In this document: positions 1-13,649 of the stretch, piece by piece
Numbering within the stretch: the first letter of the stretch is position 1
Layout: each line of letters begins with the position of its first letter
NCBI GenBank assembly: GCA_036172245.1
Contig: JAYWIR010000083.1
Span: 1-64,000, forward strand
DNA length: 64,000 bases
From: Raillietiella orientalis
Lineage: Eukaryota
Direction: 5' to 3'
Position numbers and translations under genes: made by a program
The notes under the pieces: generated by a model
Seen by the model: the letters and a program-made list of their open reading frames with translations, nothing else
Told to the model about the DNA's origin: nothing
The model's database searches: none

Positions 1-229
1 ACGACATCTGGAAGCAAAAGGAGGATATTGCTCTCCAAATTATGCAGAAATGGAATTTTCTTCATTAGTTTAGAATATAAAATGGTAATTTGAAATCAAT
101 AAATCTACTACAGTATCTACGTTGTCACTTTAAAAAGGACAACCCTATCAATATTTCAGCAACACAAAAGTACTGGATATATTCCTGTAAGGCTACGTAT
201 CTTTCATACTAAAATTATTGGCCGATTTT

Positions 230-1330
230 CATTTTTAGGAAACGTAAGTGGTGAGAAAATTGCAGAAGCATACTCTTCTTTCCTCTGAATTCAAAGATAA
301 GTAATCACTCTGATCTGTCAAGAATTGGAAGAGGATCGTAATGATTTTCTCTTTTCCTAGACTATAGATTTCTACTATTTCCTTGTAAGAGAAAAATTAA
401 TCATGACGGAGAGAAAAATTAGGAACGAGAATCACAAAAGATGAAGAATTAAAAGCTTAAACTGCCATCATTTAAGCTTCGAAAAAGGAAATTCGAGAAT
501 CCGTTATTCAAATTCAAGTTCTCCGGAAAATTGGATAATTAGATTTTCTTCCTTGATATTGAGTTCAGTTCAAAGTAAGCAGTTCACGCTTACTATGAGC
601 TGGATTGATAATTAGTGGATTGCAAAATCCTCCACCGTGCGAGATGGTTGGGAGATTCCATATTGCATAACTTTCCACAAAGTCGGATGGTGTGATACCA
701 TCACTAGCATTTCGTGCACATTTTGAGTCAATTTAAATAGGATTGAGTCTGCCAAGTATGAACCGATTCACTTTTTGGTGTGCGTCGAAGCTATTGAGCT
801 GGAAAGGGGTTGTTAGCAATGGTGGGGATTAAAGGCGAGAACTCAACCAAGCGAGCAAACTGACCAGTTTCTCCTATCTTCTTGACACATCTAGGGTCAT
901 TTCATCCCTTCGCACGTGTGGATCAAGGGGAAATTGATTTACGAAAAGATTAAGAGTAAGAGTTTGGGAGCTATGCTCCACCATAGTTTCTTGGCTCCTT
1001 TATAAGCGTAGATAGGTGGTGGATATAGGTTTAGTGGCAGCTGCTGATGGCTGAAGGTGGCATTTACCATTAAGGAGAAGGCTCTCGATATTTCGGTTGG
1101 AGCATCTCATCATTTCAGCAGTCAGTATTCGTACCTTGACAGAATTTTCAGAATGAAAGGACAACAAACTATTAGGAAATAGCGTAAAGTAGCAAATGCA
1201 AGAAATCAAACCGAGAAGACTCAAAGGTACGCTGTATTTATTTGAAATAGGAATAAGTGACAGTCGGGAAGTTATCACCAATGATGAAAAACCACGATTT
1301 GGTTTCTTTTTCATTTGACTATGCTGAACG
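230..1330 (-). pseudogene. Possible very degenerate DIRS-type RT/RNase H remnant
   Basis: The minus-strand peptide LIPISNKY...CYFTLFPNSLLSF...VKV resembles the RT motif HIPI...YQFTCLPNGL...FTK. Downstream LTTYVPKNEN resembles RNase H A.(H/Y)IPG..N. Many stops; resemblance by eye only. Confidence 0.25.
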
Positions 1331-1779
1331 TACAAAAGAAATTTTCATTCTCTAGAACAATTTTTTTTTGTGTGATCCTCATTCTGCTCCTGTTTGTTTG
1401 CGAAGGGAGACGAATTGCCCGCTCCACTTTGAAGAGAAAGAAAAAACCCAGTGGATCAATAGGTGAGAGCATCGAGGTTCACAATTTGATTGCCCACCTA
1501 TGTCTACTTCGGATTGGGGATAAGATGAGAATACTTCTCCTATTAAAGAATGAGGTTTGGTTAATAAGTTCTCACAAAAAATGAGGCAACAGTAGGAACA
1601 AAAAGACTCCTTGGAAAGTCCAGTCTTTTATGGACTTGAGATATTCCAAGCAGCAAAAGGATGTAGACGTCTTCAGCTAGCAGCTCACATGCAGAGCGGG
1701 TGATTATGGAAATGTGGAAGCGATCGCAAACATCACCAATGTAGCTGATAAGAGAAAGAAAAAGCCTTTATTCCGATGT

Positions 1780-3150
1780 CATGAAATGGCGTGCAGACAT
1801 TTTCTTAAGGTCAAGAGACATGACCACCCATGTTATTTACAATGAACGCCTTTGCTCTCGACTTGCTTCGACTTCTTCATGGATTCTGTTTTACGCAAAT
1901 GGACCACGAAAGAAGATGAGTCAGATCGCTGACTTTATTATTTCCAGGAGGCGTTTACCATTCGGAATCCTATACTCACTGGTTGGGCTTCTTACCAACG
2001 TGGGTACACTGTGTGCACAAAGACACGTATAACAAAACGTGTCTTCTCCGTTATTGCTTTCCTTTATGAATGCTTTCTCTTCCAGAAAATAAGTTTTCGG
2101 ATTGTGATGCATCCGGAGAGTTTGAATCCGCTCAGTGCCCCGACATTTCTTGGGGAGAAAGGGGCAAGGAATCTGTGCTGCCCACGGATAAAGAATTATG
2201 AACAAAAGCTCTCTCTTCTCATCTTCCGTGCTTCTGTAGACAGTAACAAAGCAGATCTTCGGAAACTGTTAAAACATTGCAGACTGCACTGAGTAGGTGT
2301 GATCATGAAAAACCGGAAGAAAAAAAAATGAAGATTAAACGTTATGATAATGAGCGCAGTTGGGTACGTAAGCTGAAGATCAATCTCCAGGATCTATTCC
2401 AAAGTAACTATTACGCTTGATGAAATATTCAGTTAATCAGAAAATGCTCGTGGGGTACAAGTTCAAGACGTCATTTTTACGATTTAACACCAACCTGCCG
2501 TAGTAAATGGGCATAGGTTAAAAATTCTTGAAGGGGAGAAAGGTAAAAAGGAGAAGACATTGGGTGTTGCCAAGGCAGACATACATCCTTCATTCAGAAT
2601 CATGGAACTGACACGCGCAGTGTTCCTAGGAATTTGCAATTCAGTTTTGTTCCCGTTTCTTTTATGACTTGAGTAAAGAAGACCACTGCATGAATTGCTA
2701 TGAAGCCTTCATGTTGTGATTGCCTCACACTATTGCACTCGTGTTACACACAGCGGGGCAATCCGTTTCTTATGCGGCTGCGCCGGGATGCCAATGCTTT
2801 CCTTTTGAGGAATATTTCAAGAAACTTCATGCCTCAGGGTTACCCGCACTTTTCTTGGACCATTTGCTCACAAAGACGGAATTCTTGAATCAAATGGCGT
2901 TCATTCAGAGTCCGAAAGGAAGCAAGTTCCCACTCGGGAACGTGTTTCAGAAAACTCATCTCGCGTGGGTGGATCAGATTCCACATAGCCATCAGGCCAG
3001 GTGGCTCATTCCTTTTCCAGGTAGCTCACACACTGCTGGAGTGCCTCCCCACTTTTCGTGCTGGGGTTTCCCATCATCCCATCTCAGAAGTTGTTTACGA
3101 CAATTCACCACACTGGTCCTCTTCATCTTGCTCAGCGTTGTTGGAATCAG
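1780..3150 (+). pseudogene. Degenerate DIRS-like pol (RT-RNase H) remnant
   Basis: RRLPFGI (~1950-1970), then LFQKISFRIVMHPESLNPLSAPTFLG (like LGF.IN..KS.L.P....FLG), then MELTRAVF (like LEL.AV), in the expected order but with frameshifts. Confidence 0.4.
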
Positions 3151-3189
3151 TGGAATTTTTCATTTTCACCCCATCCACATCCTCACTCT

Positions 3190-3960
3190 GGATGGTGGAA
3201 ATCCTTTTGGGTTCCTCAGCCTTCCTTACTTTCCATCCCGGTTTTATTTATTTATTTATTTTTAGCTCTCCAGTAGCTGAAGAACCGTTCGCCCCCTCAC
3301 GGGTGGCTCACGAAACTCTTTACCACTGTCCACTCAATCCAAGGGTGAGTGTCACTCTTCGAATTAGGGGAGCGATCCCGAGAATCCAGGAAGGCTCCGG
3401 TGGAAGGATTCCGTTTCTCTAGCGCTTGGTAAGGAATCCCGAAGGGAACTCTCGCACCGGTTGTCTCTGAAGGGAACTCCGAAGAAGAATTCTTCCTTAT
3501 TATCTCCGGAGGGACCTCCTGGAGGGAGCCAGGCGTCATTTCCTTCCCAGAAGGATCCCCTGTAAAGGATCTGCTCCCTGTTTCCTCCTCTGAAAAGAAC
3601 CCAAAGGGACGCTTTCCAATTTCTATGAAGGGCTCTCTCGGAAGGGAGCAGCGCTCTTCTCGACACTCTGGAAACGTATCAACCAACTCCATGGAACGAC
3701 CCCATTCTCGCAACCGGAGGGGGATCCCGAAGGGAACCGGCGCTCCTTGATTTCTGGAAGGACCTTGAAGGCTTCCAGTCCAGGCCACTCATGGGGAGCA
3801 TCCGGGGGTTCCCGAGATTCCACCGGCGCCCCACCCGAATTGGCCCACCAGCGTCATCTTGAAGGGGGAACACGAAACCCCACGACTCACACGTTTCTCG
3901 GCGTCGATCCCTCCAAGCGGGGGATTCGAACCCGCAAAGCCTGGCAACCACCAACGCGGG
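3190..3960 (-). mobile_element. Long tRNA-headed SINE-like repeat, copy 1
   Basis: Reverse complement of B box GGGTTCGAATCCC at ~3921-3933, a GAAGGGAAC-type repetitive body and the shared tail GGAAATCCTTTTGGGTTC. Homologous to the other copies. Confidence 0.8.
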
Positions 3961-5315
3961 TCAAATGGAAAGTCGCATCTTCTGTGATTCGAGTTTGCGA
4001 TGAATTTCCAAGGGATGAACTCAAAAACCCATCAGTTGGCAATCCTCAGGTTCTGTGCCACCATTCCATTTCTAAAATAGGTTCTGTATCCCTTCCCCCT
4101 GAAAAGCATACAAAACCGGTGACTTTGTGCTGATTTCAAAGTGGGATTGGACTTGGTATCCCTGATTGATGAGCATTCACACTCCTCGATTCTGTTAGAG
4201 CGGCCAGTCCTGCCAGATCATGTGGGCACAGTGGAGTTAGTGCTGCACACGCGATCCGATGAAAGTCTTTCGTGGAGAAAAAGGAAGCAGTTGCTCCCAC
4301 TACGGGAGGTTTCGCACCCAATTTGCGCAATGTCGCTGCTGCGGGCTAAAGGCCCCACGTCTAAATGGCTTTGTGTTTTTCGAAATCGCACCTGCTCGGA
4401 ACTTCGGGATCTGGATGCTGAGGGAATTTCCTCACAGCGAAGCGAAGTGACCGAGGGGACTCGGGAATAGCACGAAATGTTCCGGGGATCTCGTATTGTG
4501 TTTCGTGTTTGTGTACAGGGAGAGTGTGCTCTCACGAATCTCACTGTTTGCTCCCCGGAGCACAGGGCAGGAATTCTCACGGGATTTCAAAACACTTCAG
4601 GCTTCCATTAACTTCCCGGACTGCTTGGAAATCGAGACGTCTGCGATGACCTCCGTTTAATACAAATTCGTTTTCGAAGCGGATTATCGAGGGGTTTCAC
4701 GTACGTTGCAGGTTTCCGAACGACTGGAGAATTCCCTGGTTCTTATAGCCGGATCCCGTTTCCGAGGAAGTGGTTAAGAGTCTGATAGCTGGAGGAGAGA
4801 AAAATTTCTAATCAGAACTCCCGAACGCTCGAGCATCAAAGATGAATGCTGCAGGAAATGAGTTTGGGGAAGACTGCATGATGCGTTGTGTAAAAGCGAA
4901 TATCCTGTGGAAATCTGTGTCACGGAACTCTGAAATATGAGAGATACGTAAGTCGGATGCGCAAAATGATCACTCTCATCGATCAGTTTCAGTGGCTGAG
5001 AGGGAAGACCTGAGGGAGAGTGAAGTGTCAAATTTGCGGCCTTCCTTTGAAAATGAATCAAAGGAACATTCTGGTGATCAAAAATCTGTGCTTCGCATAC
5101 TTTGCGTGGTACTACGCTTTTCTGGGGTCTAAGAAACTGCATCACTGAAGGAAAGCACCACACATCATCAGAGGGTGGAGACCGTCGCATGACACTCTCT
5201 CTTGAGCGAAACACAGTCCAAGTTGTCCACGTGCGCGCGTGTGTGTGCTGTGTGTGTGCCCCAGAGATTTTCGAGATTTTCAATGCCGTAAACGATAACT
5301 ATTAGTGAGAAATAC

Positions 5316-6039
5316 TACGTGAATCTCAAAAGTAAAAGCCGATCGGATGTAAAGAAAGAACGAATAAGAGAAACCAAAATGCATCCGTGGTTCTGAACAC
5401 ATACATCTTCGTGTCCTTTTGTTCACTGTGGCAGTCACTGGGCAGGACTGTAAGGTGGGTGATTAACAAGTTGCACTTGAATTCCCGAATTGTCTGGAAT
5501 GTGGGACCAAAAGGGTGTGCCTTTGAAAGGTGGACTTTACGGAGCCTGGAACAACCATCGCCTTGCGAGTCCTTTGCGAAACCTTTCGAAAGTGCGGCGT
5601 GCCACTCAGAACCGACCACGTGGAATGCTGAAATCGGGAATTCTTCTTCTCCTTGACGACAACGCGCGCCTTGGCAACACATGCTGTCCAGACAATTCAG
5701 ACAAATGAGAACTTTTTGATCACCCAGTCCTGACCTCGCGCCCAATGACTACCACGTCTGCCTGCACCTCAAGAAATGGTTCAGCGATTCGAGGGGGAAC
5801 GCGAGGAACTGAAAACTGCAGTGCTGCTGAAGTGGCTGAACTCCCAGGAGGCAGAAATCCATGCAGGGGCTTTCAAAGAGCTTCCTCCACGGTGTCAAAA
5901 GTGTTTGGGAAAAAAATGGTGACCACATGGAAAAATAACATGGGGATGAACTTGCTTGGAACCACTCTTACATTTTTGTTTCTCTTATCTGCTCTTTCTT
6001 TCTATTCGATCGGCTCTTACTTTTGAGACGTGTCCCGTA
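5316..6039 (+). mobile_element. Palindromic mariner-derived non-autonomous element, copy 1
   Basis: Mariner transposase C-terminal motifs WDQKGV, KVRRATQNRPRGMLKSGILLLLDDNAR, (HP)SPDLAPNDYH, WLNSQEAE, KCLGK.NGDHMEK-stop. 5316-5497 is an inverted copy of the 3' end. Both termini carry TA. Confidence 0.85.
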
Positions 6040-7449
6040 AAATGAAGTCAATGGAAATTTTACGATGACGCAGAAAGGATTCACACCAGACTTCTAAATA
6101 TCAGGGTGAATGTCAATGATTCTCATCCATACGGCACTTTTATCCTTTTCTGCCTTCGATGCCTTGAAGTTTGTTGCTTGTTGTGCCAGCAAAAGATGAC
6201 GGTGGTGAGGAGTCTCGTAGTATTGGACTGGACAAATACAAAAGATAGTGTTTTCTTCAATGGTGCGGATGAAAGGCGTCTGGTTCCAAAGAAAACCAGT
6301 GTTCCACAGTTTAGGCAGCACAAATGATGTCTTTGAGTCTAGGAATAAAGAAATGATAAGCTTATATAGTGTACCATCGTCTACGTATGTTTCTAATCTT
6401 TCAACAGTTCTATCAACCTAAGAAACCTGAAGTGGGATCTTGGATCTCGGTCGCCTGCTGACTGCCGGTTTCGAAATCATTTATTTGCCCACATTATGAC
6501 TTGATTCCTATTTTACCACAGAGAATGCCATAACTGACGCCCGGGGAAGCTTGCTGTGATTTGGAAGACAGTTCTCGAAGATCGATCCAAAAATCAAGTG
6601 GGATGAACAGAAAGACTGTAAGGTCAAGTTTTCCGTTTTCCTCTTAAGAAGTTCCAGCTCCCCCTCTATACAAAGAATTCCGTTCAGTTGATGATTTAGT
6701 GTTCCCGTGTTTATCGATCAACTCCAGTCAGAAGGAGAAAATCTCTTTTCTTCATCCGGAGGGATCTTCGAACAGATCTGGACTTTCGAGAGTGCTGTAT
6801 AAAAGTACATCTGCTCATGACCACTCGGAGCCTGCAATTCTACCAGATTGACTCTCAACCAAGTACCGATGCATTTCAAGATTCCAAGAAACGGGAGTGG
6901 GACGTGGACATCACGGTAGGGCGAAAGGAGCAATCTGGAGCGATTCCCACAGTTCACTTTCTCCCCTACAGATCAAGGAAGATCCACTCACGAATGCCCA
7001 TTCGTTCATCCATGCAAGGTGCCCGACAACGTTTCTCTAATTCTCTCTAGCCGGAAATCGTTCTCATAAAAAATCCAGTTTTCTGAAGCTACCGACACCT
7101 CTTAAGAGGCATCTTCACCGATGCTGCAGAGTAGGAACAAAGCTAGACATTGGTTTCTACTTTATTCTCTCGAGGGATCTTGGCTCGCACCAACAGCCGA
7201 ATTGTCCTCTTGCAGAGCAGGCCAGAGTGCAGTCGAGGAGCAATTCCGACACGTCGGTCGGCTCCACGATGGTGTGTGCCATCTTCTTCAACCCTGTCTG
7301 GATTCGATGGAATCCTCTCAAAAGGGCGTTTCTTTTCTGAATTGTTCTCTTTGGATCGGAAACCGCAAGACTCATTTGACCAAAAGCATCGTAACTTTGA
7401 GAACACTCAGCAAACACAAACTATCTGGGGACTGCTGGAGCCCATTGTC

Positions 7450-8200
7450 TGCTGGAGTCCGTTCCACTCACGCTTACGGAGAGATCCACCCGGGAGGGGG
7501 GGATCGCACCTCCTACCCTGGTTGTCCCCGAAGGGAAACCCCGAAGGGAATCCCCTTCGTTCGGAAAGGATCCTCTGATGATGCACGCGTGTCTCCGTTG
7601 CATTGGGGAGGGCGCGTGTGATTCTTCAAGGTAGGGGATACCCCGGGAGGGGACGATCCCATAAATCCAGGAAAGGATCCGGAGAAAGGAGTCCGTTCCT
7701 CTCACGCCTAGGAAAGGGTTGCCGATAGGAACACCTCCAAGGGGAACCCCGGAGGGGATCGCTCTATTTTTTCTTCTCCAGAGGGAACACGCAAGGGAAT
7801 CGTTACTGTTTACTCCTCTGAAGATGACCTGAAAAGACGCTTTCGAAATTTCTCCAAAGGGCATGTCCGAAGGAAACAGGACGATCCTTTGCACTCTGGA
7901 GAGCAACCATCGATCCACCAGCTCCATGGTACGAGACGGAGGACCCCAAGATTCTGTTTCCTGGAGGGACCCCGGAGGGTCGATTCCCTATCCCGGCCAC
8001 TCATCGGAGGCCATCCGGTTTCAACTGCTACCGACGCCTCACCCGAATGCAGGCCAACCAGTGTTATCTTGAGGGAGGAACGTGAACCCACGACGCACCC
8101 CCATCTCTCGGCGTCGATTCTTCCCGAGTATTTGAACCCGCAACGCTTGGTGGTGCCACGCGCGGAGGAGACCTCAGCAGCCACACGGCTTCCGATGCGG
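7450..8200 (-). mobile_element. SINE-like repeat, copy 2 (extra partial body piece at 7450-7575)
   Basis: The head reads ...GCGGGTTCAAATACTC...GTGGGTTCACGTTCC on the minus strand. The body is homologous to 21690-22270 and 42640-43270. Confidence 0.8.
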
Positions 8201-8859
8201 ACTTTTTTTTTTGTAGAAGATGGAGCAAAACGTCCAGAAAGATCATTAGGAATATCTCCAGGTAAAGTAGATCTTTACCTGGGGATTCCCAACAAGTTTG
8301 AGAAGAGCAGAGGGGACAGAGTCATGGTTGTGCAAAAGAACAGGGCATCGATGTCAGGTGGCGACTCGAAGTCAGGCAGGGAGGCGACTGATTGCGATGC
8401 TGTTTCAGTAGCACTTCCGAACTTATGATGCCGCGCTCTGGCTTCCGTCTAGCTTCCGGTTCCACAGAAACCGCTGGTGAACCAGGAGAAATTCCTCCTC
8501 CAGTCGCCATCCTCGCCGAACCAGCCGCACTCGGAGTCTCCTTCGAGTGGATCCGCCGAGCGGAGCTGGCGTCCACGCCAGCAGGAAGGAGTGCGAAGCG
8601 TCCATCACCAGCATCGGCCTTAACCGGCTGCCATGTCGCGGCTGCCGGCACTTTGTTGGATGAGGATTCGTGTCTTGGATGTGCCGCGGAGGAGGGTCCC
8701 TTACTCTCATGGGTGCATCTAAGTGCCTTCCTTCTCTAAGGCAAGGGAGGGATTCAACTCGTACTGCTCCGAACGGATGCAGATGCGAGCTTCGAGGCCG
8801 AGGTGCATGCTCTCGCGGCGCGAGGTTGTGTGGAAGTCACTGCTGTCCTCCGTGCTTTT

Positions 8860-9125
8860 TTCTGAAGATTGATGGGAGGAATTGCTAAAGGGCTCGCGTC
8901 GAGCCTTCCAGGTCACAACGCAGCACACAGCACCCTGACTCTATGCCATCCGTTCGCTCCTTTCGATCGCTGCTGGAGGATTGGAAATAAATGTATCTCG
9001 ACCATATTCGGAACAGGGTCGTCTGGATTCAGGAAGCGGTGGACCAGCCGGAGAACCCAATCTTCCCCATCCGCAAGGGAAGGTACTTCGAGAACTTTGG
9101 TGTGCCATTGGGGAGAAGGTCATCT
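8860..9125 (+). pseudogene. Possible L1-like RT thumb fragment
   Basis: GRYFENFGVPLG resembles RYFKYFGLPL at ~33545 and the LINE Y.YLG motif. Confidence 0.35.
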
Positions 9126-9521
9126 TGTTTTCAGAGGGTTTCTTTTTTTTTTTTGGGGAGCGTGTGGGAAAAAAAGGGAGGAGGAAACTCCCTTCTGTTT
9201 TTCCCTTTTTTTATGTTCCCAAGAGAAATCAAGGTGGGATGCGGGTCCTGCTTCCCGGTTTTTCTTCGGAGTTTCTCTTCTAAGGTCATCCATCGTCGAA
9301 AGAGGGGGGAGTGGGGAAGAGGGGAGGGCTTTCTTTGTGTGACCGCGAATTGGGCAGCAGAGGCCACGGAGGTCGACGGCAGGGCGGTTCTCTGGCCGTT
9401 CGGCTCCTCGGCCGTGCCCGAAAAGCGGCTGTCTTCCGCATCCGGAGAAGTTGGAGCCACCGTCTCCGCAGATGCGTTCTCCTCCTTCACTTGTAGACCT
9501 CTTTCACTCTCTCCCTCCTTA

Positions 9522-10850
9522 AGGTTTTTTTTAATAAAAAAAAACTTCGGGAGAGGGAGAGTTTCTGTAAAATAAAATAAATAAATTCAATAATAAAAAA
9601 CAAAACTACAAAAAAAAGAGAACCAAGTTCTTTGCCATTCATACAAATAATAAGGAAACAGGAACAAGTTCAACTGAGGGGGACTCCGCGATTCGTAGAT
9701 TAAGGAGATTAAGGTGGGGATTGGGACACCGGGATTGCTGCCTCCCTTCTAAAATCCCCGTACGATGTTGATCTCCCTACTGACTTCCGGTTCCAGATGA
9801 GTCCACCTGCATGATTTCTCCAGATAGGCCGTAAAGATGCAGGCTGTCCCTCGCTGCTGCTGCTGCTGCTCCAGCGAGTAACGGGCCGTGATGATGCCGC
9901 GGACGCCAGCACAAAGTCACGGTCACGGCGGCAGAAGGCCCGTCTTGGCTGAAGGAGCGGCGCAGCAGAAGAGCAACAGGTGCACCTTCAGGGTGGACAA
10001 GAACCGCTGCCAGCTTCTTCCACAAAGGACGGATAACGCTGCAGTCCATCAGCAGATGAGGGAACGATTCGATCTCCCCGCACGTGGCACACTTCAAGAA
10101 AATTACCCCTCGTCACATGGTGCACACTTTTCTTGCAGGGAGAACCCCAATGCAAGAACCGAATAACGTGTGTTGATACGAGAGAAGATGAACAGTAGAG
10201 TCTAAACATAGGGAGAGACAGACACAGGTTTCTTCAGGGGGCACACTCAAGGATTCCGCCCACCAGCGGAGTCCCTTCGCTTCAAGCAGGGCGTGGCTGC
10301 ATCAGCCAGCACCTTCGTGGAGCATCTGCCTAGAAGTTTTCCAATTATACGATGCTGCAGGAGAACTCCCATCTCGCCGGTAGGCAATTGCCGCTTTCTT
10401 CCAATGGGAAGACAGCGCCGCGGCCCAAGGTGTGACCGACTCACGAGCCCATTTGGTCACTTCGTGGACGATTCTCTGCAGAGGCATCCTGCCGAACCGC
10501 TGAACCGGAAGTAGATCTTCAGGGCTGGTGCTGGTCAACCGAGCTCGAATGTCTACAGATTCCTGCCTCCAGGCATGAAAATTCATAGGACGGCGAAAGG
10601 CGAGCTGCTTCAGGGGGAACCCCACGAGCCTCACTTTCGGCTGAGGAAGGGCTGGGACGCTAGTCTTCTCCACTGACCTCTCGGCGCGAAATGTGGCGAA
10701 CGCGAAGACATCAGTGCTTGTTTCATGCCGCCTCCATCAAGGTGATTCCCCGGAAATAAAGCTGCAGCTCCATCTTCTTTAACGTCTTCCTTCCGTAGCT
10801 CAGCAATGTCCTTGATATGGGAACGCAAGGTCATAAAGCGCCAACAACGG
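9522..10850 (-). mobile_element. L1/Tx1-like LINE 3' fragment
   Basis: CATCGEIESFPHLLMDC (CX2CX7HX4C) zinc motif. NFHAWRQE matches NFNAWHQE/NWNAWGQE in other copies. T-rich 3' UTR ending in an A-run. Confidence 0.8.
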
Positions 10851-10879
10851 ACCTTACTCAACATTTCGTTGGTTCGAAA

Positions 10880-12478
10880 GCCATCTCCGCCTTCAGAAGG
10901 CAAAGATGGCTTTCAGCATGTTGCTCGAGGGCAAGTTTGTCTTGCAAGAACGGAACATTCCTCTATCTGGAACACTTTTGTTGTCTCCTCTTCCGTCCCT
11001 TTTTTGTTTTTCCTCTTCCTTATTCGGTTGAGGTGCAGGCGCAGCGTCTCTTACGGTCCTTGGGGAGCGCTGCAATGTCCGAGATCGGACTCAAAGACTT
11101 GGTGACCTAGTGCCAGGATGCCGAGGTGGACACCGTGATTATCCACAAAATCACACTGCAGGGGCAATTCTAACTTTTCACCCTTTGTGGCAATTGTGGA
11201 CTTGTCACTGGGCGTGATCCGGCAAGCCAGATCTTCTGGAGATGCTCTGGAAGCGCAGAACTTGGAAATATGCTCTGGAACTTCTTTCACTGAGGCCGCG
11301 CAACCCACGTAAGGGGGGACTGGGCTTGGCCACCTCCTGAGGCATCTGTTCTCACTTCCAGTAGCTCACTCAAACGTTTAAACTGGAACGTTTCAAGGCA
11401 GGAGGCACCCGGATTGCCACTTTGGAAGTGCACTCAGAGGAACTGCGACCGCTACAGGATCTCCTACGCAAACCGCTGGGAGTTCTCCTGCAGGATTGAG
11501 CACAGTGGTTCCGGATAGCCATCACATCCCTTGTCGAAGCACTGCCTGCCCAGCAGTACTTCGACCCCAACTTTGGGGCAAATAATGACGCAGTCAATTG
11601 GCAGGGTGGGTGTTCTCCTGCAACATTGCAGGAGTCGAGAAACTCCTGGACAGCTGCAAGACGAGTGGGTTGTCGAACGCCGCTACTCCTCGTTTCCGGG
11701 CGAAGGGACTCCTTCGGTGGAGTGACCTGCTCAATATGTCCCCAAAAGAACTCGCAATCCCTCGTCTGTGCCATCAATGTGTTGCCACTCCGTTGGAAAC
11801 GGGATGCTCTGCTGTTCCTGCACTGAGGATTCCCATGCAGTCAGCGCAGGCACCGGTTTCACGGAGGAGTCGTCTCCTCCCGAACTGTTCCAAGTGCAGG
11901 GAGATAGGATCGTTATCGCACCTCTTGCTGGACCTCACTGCCCTCAAAAGGCATGTGGCCGAGACCTCCTTCGGCGTACCGTCATCTGTGTCTGTCCGTC
12001 AGTCATCCCCTTCCCCGCTCTTCGGACTTGCGGCGGCCCTCCTTCACTCAAGGTGGGCTGATCGCAGCGAGATGCTGCATTCGCTCTATGATGACAGTCC
12101 ACTGTGAGCTGGGCTCTCGTTTGCAGCGAGGGGAGACCACCAGCATGGCAGCCGCTTCCATGAGACCGGCTCTAAGGTGTCCTCACCTGCCAGAAAAGGT
12201 CATCGGTGAGATCGCCAGCATCCAGGGCCGCTTCTAGAAAGGAAAGAACGAATGGAGCCAAGGACCCTTATAGACCTCCCGTCATTTCTTACTTATTTAT
12301 CGTCTTCTCCTTCCGTTGCCTACTTTCTTAGAAGTCGGCCTGAGTGCCGGCAGGCATCCCCAATGAACATTTTTTTTCCGTTTTTTTTTTCTAGCCTCTC
12401 TGGTATTCAGGGGACGCTATTTCCTTCTGGCTCGTCATTTAATTTTTAGATAAACGTCCCGGCGCGATGGGGTGAAAA
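10880..12478 (+). mobile_element. L1/Tx1-like LINE 3' fragment, subfamily B
   Basis: IWNTFVVS, GLLRWSDLL, CSKCREIGSLSHLLLD, C-terminus PHLPEKVIGEIASIQGRF-stop (12237). Terminal motif ATAAACGTCCCGGCGCGATGGGGTGAAAA at 12450-12478. Confidence 0.85.
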
Positions 12479-12879
12479 CCTTCGCGAACGGCAGTGCAAT
12501 GCGTCTCTTGGGGGAACTCACATCCATTGATCCTGCCTTCCAGGAGCGTTACCCTCAAGACTCCATGCGACTCTCCGAGCATCGGTGAGAAGAGAAAGGG
12601 AAGGAAAACCTCTTGCAGAAAAGGAGATGGCTTCATGGATCATGGGAGGTCGCAAATTGCAGAGCGGAACAGCTGGCCCGTTGAGCCACGCTCCAACCAC
12701 CCTGGTCGGATCCAGCAAAAGTAGGTCAGCATCGAAGTAGATGATGCGGAAGCCGACTTGGAGATGCTGATGCTCTGCTTGATCGGTGCTCCAGTCTTTT
12801 CCCTTCGCCACCAGCATGCCCTTGTCTTGTTTGCGCCCTGAATCCTCCATGGAAACGATTGTCATGTCTCTGCAGGGAG

Positions 12880-13649
12880 CATCCCAACGAATAATGGAAA
12901 CTCACTGCGCATGTTCGCGGGATGAGGCGGGTGCTGCATCAGGGATGCGAGCGCACAGCAAAGCGCTTCAGCTTCCTGCAGGACCTGCACAGGCGTAAAT
13001 CCACCTCCCCGACGGGCTTTCCAGCTGCCGTCTCCCTGGCAACCTCTTTCCGCATGCCGGAAACCAGGAATAGGACGACAGAGGATGTCTCTCCGCCTGC
13101 CGCCGCTGCCCCTCCCGAAGTTGTGGGAAGCCTAGCAAGAGAGGAATTGGGCGCAGCCTCTCGGAGAGAAGATCAGCAGAAGAGTCGATGCCTCTGTATC
13201 GACGCAACCCCTGCTGACCCTGCTGGTACTGTCTCCAGTTCTGGCGCTCCTTCTGGTAGTGCGGGAGCAGGTGAGACTCACATCGCCGGTCCTGCCAATG
13301 GTGCTTCTGCTGCCGCCGGGAGTTCCGATCCTGATCCGTTTAGCTCATCCGCGGCGACTGATGCTCTCGGTACTGCTCTGACGCTGCTCCGACGCGGCTA
13401 CTTGCACCTCCTCGTGGCTGCAATCGAAGGAAGCCGTTGGGAGTCGCAATCTCCCTTTCGCCAAGTGGACTGAGAGTCAAACGTATCACGTGAAATGCCA
13501 GGGGGCTCAGAACGACTGTGGTACGGACTGGACTCCAAAGTACTGATGGAACCCATTGCCCCACCTCCTCCCGACCAGCCGCAATCCTTCAGAAACCATC
13601 TTCATCGCGTGCAACCTGTCCGCTACACTCCTATTTGCTGCTGGACCAA
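12880..13649 (+). pseudogene. L1-like ORF1 tail followed by start of the ORF2 apurinic endonuclease
   Basis: A low-complexity Ala/Pro/Ser ORF ends at 13473. It is followed by RIT*NARGLR (I.TWN.RGL with TGG>TGA) and AILQ..H (like LQETH). Confidence 0.55.

Noticed and set aside
4130..5300. Possible DNA transposon or regulatory region
   Set aside because: No TIR, TSD, second copy or protein motif that I could support.
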